40,000 bases of DNA from an uncultured Burkholderiales bacterium (GTDB lineage Bacteria; Pseudomonadota; Gammaproteobacteria; Burkholderiales; Burkholderiaceae_C). Position 1 is the stretch's first letter; each line of letters begins with the position of its first letter. The stretch lies in assembly GCA_903933115.1 (NCBI GenBank), contig CAIZIT010000016.1, positions 7,100 through 47,099 on the forward strand, written 5' to 3'. Made by a program: the position numbers and the translations under genes. Shown here in pieces: positions 36,726-40,000 of this stretch. The notes beneath the pieces were generated by a model, which was not told where the DNA came from, searched no databases, and saw only the letters and a program-made list of their open reading frames with translations.

Positions 36726-37484
36726 CTAGTCAAAAAATTTCAATCGATCCAGCACATTAGGTGTCTTGATCCAGGCTCTCAGGTCCGAAAATTCTGCGTC
36801 GATTTGCCTCACGGAGTACCAAGCGGTTGAGAGCATACAAGAAATGACGGGTAGATCTGGCAAGACTTCATTTCCTTTGATCAAAGGCATCAATGTAGGC
36901 ATTCCTGTACCTAGCATAACAATAGCTTCAGCATTCGATTCGGATAACTCAATCAGTCCGTCCAATGCACTCTGAGCAGAAATTCCGTAAATGGGGTGAA
37001 ATTGTTCAGTGGCTTGAGAAATACTCACTACTTTGGTCACTTCAAATCCAAAAGATTGCCAATATTTGATACTAAGATTTGTCAAATGATCAGGGTAAGG
37101 CGAGCAAAGTGCAATTTTGTGAGCACCTAAATTGTTCAGAGCTGCAACGACTGCAACTCCCGAAGTAATGACATTGATGCCCAATGTTTGACTTACTTGA
37201 TCAAGTAACTCTTGCTCATGTTGACGACCAACAAGGTACGAACTCCCTGTACAAGCAATTGCTAAAACTTTGATTGGCGCATTACCAAATTGATGAATAG
37301 ACTTCTCAAGATTAGCAAAGTAATCAACCAGTCTTTCCTCAATTGTTAAACATGAACTAACAAGACGCGCATTGATCAAGCTAAAACCATGTGGCAACAA
37401 TGACCAAAACTCTGGTTCAACTGTCGTGTTGGCCTGAGGAGTCAGCACTCCAATAAGACCTTTAGATCCGTACTCAATCGTCAT
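36726..37484 (-). CDS. Asp/Glu-racemase-superfamily protein, maleate isomerase / arylmalonate decarboxylase family
   Basis: IGVLTPQANTTVEPEF (compare IGQIVPSSNTTMETEI of maleate isomerase). VLAIACTGSSYL holds the first catalytic position, Cys78. EAIVMLGTGMPTL holds the second catalytic position, Gly192 rather than Cys. Also PVISCMLSTAWYSV. 252 aa. Confidence 0.75.
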   Translation of the reverse strand: MTIEYGSKGLIGVLTPQANTTVEPEFWSLLPHGFSLINARLVSSCLTIEERLVDYFANLEKSIHQFGNAPIKVLAIACTGSSYLVGRQHEQELLDQVSQTLGINVITSGVAVVAALNNLGAHKIALCSPYPDHLTNLSIKYWQSFGFEVTKVVSISQATEQFHPIYGISAQSALDGLIELSESNAEAIVMLGTGMPTLMPLIKGNEVLPDLPVISCMLSTAWYSVRQIDAEFSDLRAWIKTPNVLDRLKFFD

Positions 37485-37492
37485 GTTGCACC

Positions 37493-38542
37493 TTAAACCA
37501 TGTGCCCGCTTTTAATTTTTTTTGTCGTTAGATAAGCTTGATTGAAAGGATTGCTTGGAAAAGCATGAGAAACACGCTCAACAACATGAATACCAAGTTG
37601 CTGAAGTGATTTTATTTTTTCTGGGTTATTGGTCAGCAATTTAACAGACTTCACCCCGAGTGACTCAAGAATTTTCGCGGCTACTGAATAGTTTCGCTCA
37701 TCTTCATCAAAACCTAGTTCAAGATTAGCATCCACAGTATCCACACCTTGATCCTGCAATTGATATGATCTCAATTTATTCACCAATCCAATTCCTCGAC
37801 CCTCTTGAGCTAAATAGATCAGTATTCCGCTTTTATTTTGGCACATAAGATCAATTGCACCCTTTAATTGAGAACCACAATCGCACCTGAGTGATGAAAA
37901 CAAATCACCGGTAAAGCACTCTGAGTGAATCCTAATTAATGGAGCAGCGTTTGAAAGTGGTTCGCCAATTAATATTGCGATATGCTCCTCACCACCATCA
38001 TTTGGCCGAAAAGCCACAAACAATGCTTGCTGAGTTTGCGATATTGGCACCTTAACTTCACTTATTCGTTCCAACACAATATTTGAATGATTCAATTTAT
38101 CTTCGATTTGAGTGAGTTCCAATAAAGGTAATGAAGAATCGTAGGAACATACCTGAAAAATAAACGAAGGAAAAAATTTCGCTCGTTTGATGAGTTTCAA
38201 GATCAGTTTGAAATCTGGATTTAAAACCAATAATGACTCGTTGGTTACCAATACACTTGGACCATTGCTTAGCGGATTGATTAAGGAGTCAATATTTTCA
38301 AAAGCAAGTAATGGAATACTGTAGATTGAATCTTTCTCTGTATGAAGTGAAGAATTTATAGCTCGCAAACGATTGTTTGTAAGAACTAACCTCGTAACCA
38401 ATAGATCATCTTTTAAAGGATTGGATTCATGAGCAAAGAGATATTTCTCACTCGCCATGAATCGATAGCAATGACCATCTGAGTAAAACTGAATCCATTT
38501 CCCCATCCTAATTTGACGGATGAGATCGTCGAAAAAAATCAT
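37493..38542 (-). CDS. ribA: GTP cyclohydrolase II with a ~150-aa N-terminal domain of unknown function
   Basis: C-terminal ~195 aa: LIRIHSECFTGDLFSSLRCDCGSQL (three Zn Cys), YLAQEGRGIGLVNKLRSYQLQDQGVDTVDAN, DEDERNY, LLTNNPEKI. All canonical RibA segments are present. The N-terminal 150 aa lack the DHBP-synthase signatures (no RENEGD acidic loop, no GHTE). Confidence 0.85.
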   Translation of the reverse strand: MIFFDDLIRQIRMGKWIQFYSDGHCYRFMASEKYLFAHESNPLKDDLLVTRLVLTNNRLRAINSSLHTEKDSIYSIPLLAFENIDSLINPLSNGPSVLVTNESLLVLNPDFKLILKLIKRAKFFPSFIFQVCSYDSSLPLLELTQIEDKLNHSNIVLERISEVKVPISQTQQALFVAFRPNDGGEEHIAILIGEPLSNAAPLIRIHSECFTGDLFSSLRCDCGSQLKGAIDLMCQNKSGILIYLAQEGRGIGLVNKLRSYQLQDQGVDTVDANLELGFDEDERNYSVAAKILESLGVKSVKLLTNNPEKIKSLQQLGIHVVERVSHAFPSNPFNQAYLTTKKIKSGHMV

Positions 38543-38592
38543 ATTTATTATTATTTTAAAACCGAAAGAGATTTTTTAAAAATCAAAAAAAT

Positions 38593-39234
38593 CTAAGAAG
38601 CATCCTTTTGCTTCATGGGGGCAGCATTGATGAACTCGGGCATGGTCATGCACTTTGCATCAATGGTTTGAATTTTTGGCCACTGACTCATGTCCATCTT
38701 AAACCGTCTGGCACTTTCTACTTGTGGAATCAAATAAACATCAGCTAAGCTTGGCGTATCACCGTAACAAAATGTACCGGATTGTCCTTCACGCACCAGC
38801 ATCGTTTCTAACGCATCAAAACCATGGCTGATCCAGCGGCCACACCACTCGAGAATTTGCTCTTCATTTGCATGAAAAGTACCCCGTAAATACTCAAGAA
38901 TACGTCTATTGTTCACTGGGTGAATATCGCATCCCACAAGAGATGCTATGGAACGGACATAGTGTCTAGCGAATATATCTTTAGGCAAAAGAGAGGGCTC
39001 CGGATAGGTTTCTTCCAGCCACTCGATGATTGCAGGTGATTGAGTCAAAATACGCTCTTCAACTCTCAACGCAGGAACCAATCCTTGGGGATTGATTGAG
39101 GTGTATGAGGGTTTAGAGTGATCTTCAGTTCTAAGATCAACAGGAATATGATTAACATCCAAGCCTTTTAAGGCCAAAGCGATTCTTAACCGATGAGAAG
39201 TACCGCTTCTAAAAAATGTATAAAGATCCATCAT
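38593..39234 (-). CDS. Zeta-class glutathione S-transferase (maleylacetoacetate/maleylpyruvate isomerase type)
   Basis: MMDLYTFFRSGTSHRLRIALALKGLDVNHIPVDL...INPQGLVPALRVEERILTQSPAIIEWLEETYPEPSLLP matches the GST-zeta/MaiA N-terminal pattern (SS..RVRIAL..KG, NPQGLVP, QS.AI.EYL). Start placed at ATG 39234, 1 nt after the upstream stop. Confidence 0.8.
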   Translation of the reverse strand: MMDLYTFFRSGTSHRLRIALALKGLDVNHIPVDLRTEDHSKPSYTSINPQGLVPALRVEERILTQSPAIIEWLEETYPEPSLLPKDIFARHYVRSIASLVGCDIHPVNNRRILEYLRGTFHANEEQILEWCGRWISHGFDALETMLVREGQSGTFCYGDTPSLADVYLIPQVESARRFKMDMSQWPKIQTIDAKCMTMPEFINAAPMKQKDAS

Positions 39235-39235
39235 T

Positions 39236-40000
39236 TTAGAATTCCACCGTTTGACCTTCAACCATAGGAATCACCCTTGTCGCGCTAGATTTCATTGCCT
39301 CTTGGAATTCAGCAAGGGTACCTTTGGCAAGGGGATTTGAATTGTAGTGAATTGGGATGACCATCTTCGGTTTGATCATCGTGTTGATTGCATAGGCAGC
39401 ATCAACTGGATCCATTGTGAAATTCCCACCAATTGGTATCAAAACCAAATCAGGCTTGTAATAGTCAGCAATGAATTTCATATCAGAAAACAGTCCTGTA
39501 TCACCCATATGCCAAATCTTAAAGCCATTTTCGAGTTGAATGATATATCCAACGGCTTCTCCAGCTGGATGAGACTCTGCTTTGTTAGTCAGCGGATTGT
39601 TAAAAACTATCAACGAAGAGTGCTCCGCTTTGACTGCAGTGACCTTGATACCTGGTGCTGGATTAATGGAACCAGATTTGTTAAACCGATGTGTTAAATT
39701 TGCAGGTACCAGTCCCAATGTAATCAATGGAGTTACCATGTCTGCGGGACCATAAAGGACCGCATTGTTTAATTTTGCAATGTCTGGCGCATCACCCAAA
39801 TGATCCACGTGTGCGTGAGTGACCAGTAAGAAATCTACCTTACCAAGAGCAGAAAGATCTTTTTTATAAACCGCTGGTGCTTTGGGACCACCTGTGATCC
39901 AAGGGTCAATGATGATATTTTTACCACTCGGGGTGACCAATTTGAAAGAGGCTTGTCCCAACCATTCCAATTTTGTTTTTGTTGGTGAATCTGAGGTTTG
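39236..40000 (-). CDS. MBL-fold metal-dependent hydrolase (UPF0173/Lactamase_B-like); 5' end probably beyond the window
   Basis: FLLVTHAHVDHLGDA (HxHxDH), IWHMGDTG, VLIPIGGNFTM, VIPIHYN. The frame remains open from 39970 to the window edge (…QTSDSPTKTKLEWLGQ), so the true start, and possibly a signal peptide, may lie outside. Confidence 0.75.
   Translation of the reverse strand, partial: QTSDSPTKTKLEWLGQASFKLVTPSGKNIIIDPWITGGPKAPAVYKKDLSALGKVDFLLVTHAHVDHLGDAPDIAKLNNAVLYGPADMVTPLITLGLVPANLTHRFNKSGSINPAPGIKVTAVKAEHSSLIVFNNPLTNKAESHPAGEAVGYIIQLENGFKIWHMGDTGLFSDMKFIADYYKPDLVLIPIGGNFTMDPVDAAYAINTMIKPKMVIPIHYNSNPLAKGTLAEFQEAMKSSATRVIPMVEGQTVEF

Noticed and set aside
1-40000. Search for CRISPR arrays, IS elements with terminal inverted repeats, integrases, tRNA/rRNA genes, toxin-antitoxin pairs next to the XRE gene, and known defence-system signatures.
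   Set aside because: None found by eye. The only tandem repeats are 8 and 12 bp with no spacers. The XRE gene has no small partner ORF with support. No ORF shows transposase, recombinase, nuclease or ATPase defence motifs.

Overview
The window reads as an ordinary chromosomal stretch from a Burkholderiales-type betaproteobacterium. That taxon call is an inference from the heavy expansion of Bug/TctC binding proteins. About 35 genes are supportable. I saw no transposase, integrase, tRNA, rRNA or CRISPR array.

Contents:
- Eight Bug/TctC-family periplasmic substrate-binding protein genes, with no TctA/TctB membrane partner in the window.
- Small catabolic modules between them: VOC/extradiol-dioxygenase-like proteins, an Ldh_2 oxidoreductase, D-aminoacylase-like and other amidohydrolases, an alpha/beta hydrolase, FAH-family enzymes, a ferredoxin-NAD(P) reductase, a class II aldolase, and a type II dehydroquinase.
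- Transport and housekeeping genes: a 6TM voltage-gated K+ channel, AEC and MFS_3 transporters, long-form ChrA, LD-carboxypeptidase, a J-domain protein, and an XRE regulator.
- Two TonB-dependent receptors. One follows a DUF2946-like gene. The other is BtuB-like and sits behind a clear cobalamin riboswitch.

The most unusual part is the tight minus-strand gene string at 35.5-40 kb. In order it encodes an MBL-fold hydrolase, a zeta-class GST/maleyl isomerase, a long GTP cyclohydrolase II with an unrecognisable N-terminal domain, a maleate-isomerase/arylmalonate-decarboxylase-family protein, and an FAD monooxygenase. The isomerase-family protein has a Cys/Gly pair at the catalytic positions, the mirror image of known AMDase.

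Other sequence-level oddities:
- A 12-bp in-frame tandem repeat that creates six in-frame ATGs at a TctC 5' end.
- A perfect (GGGATTGG)x4 G-quadruplex motif in an intra-operon spacer.
- A Lys-Arg Tat-like signal on an Amidohydro_2 enzyme.

I found no recognisable defence or mobile system. All functional calls come from reading the translated ORFs by eye and from remembered family motifs. None has been checked by a database search.
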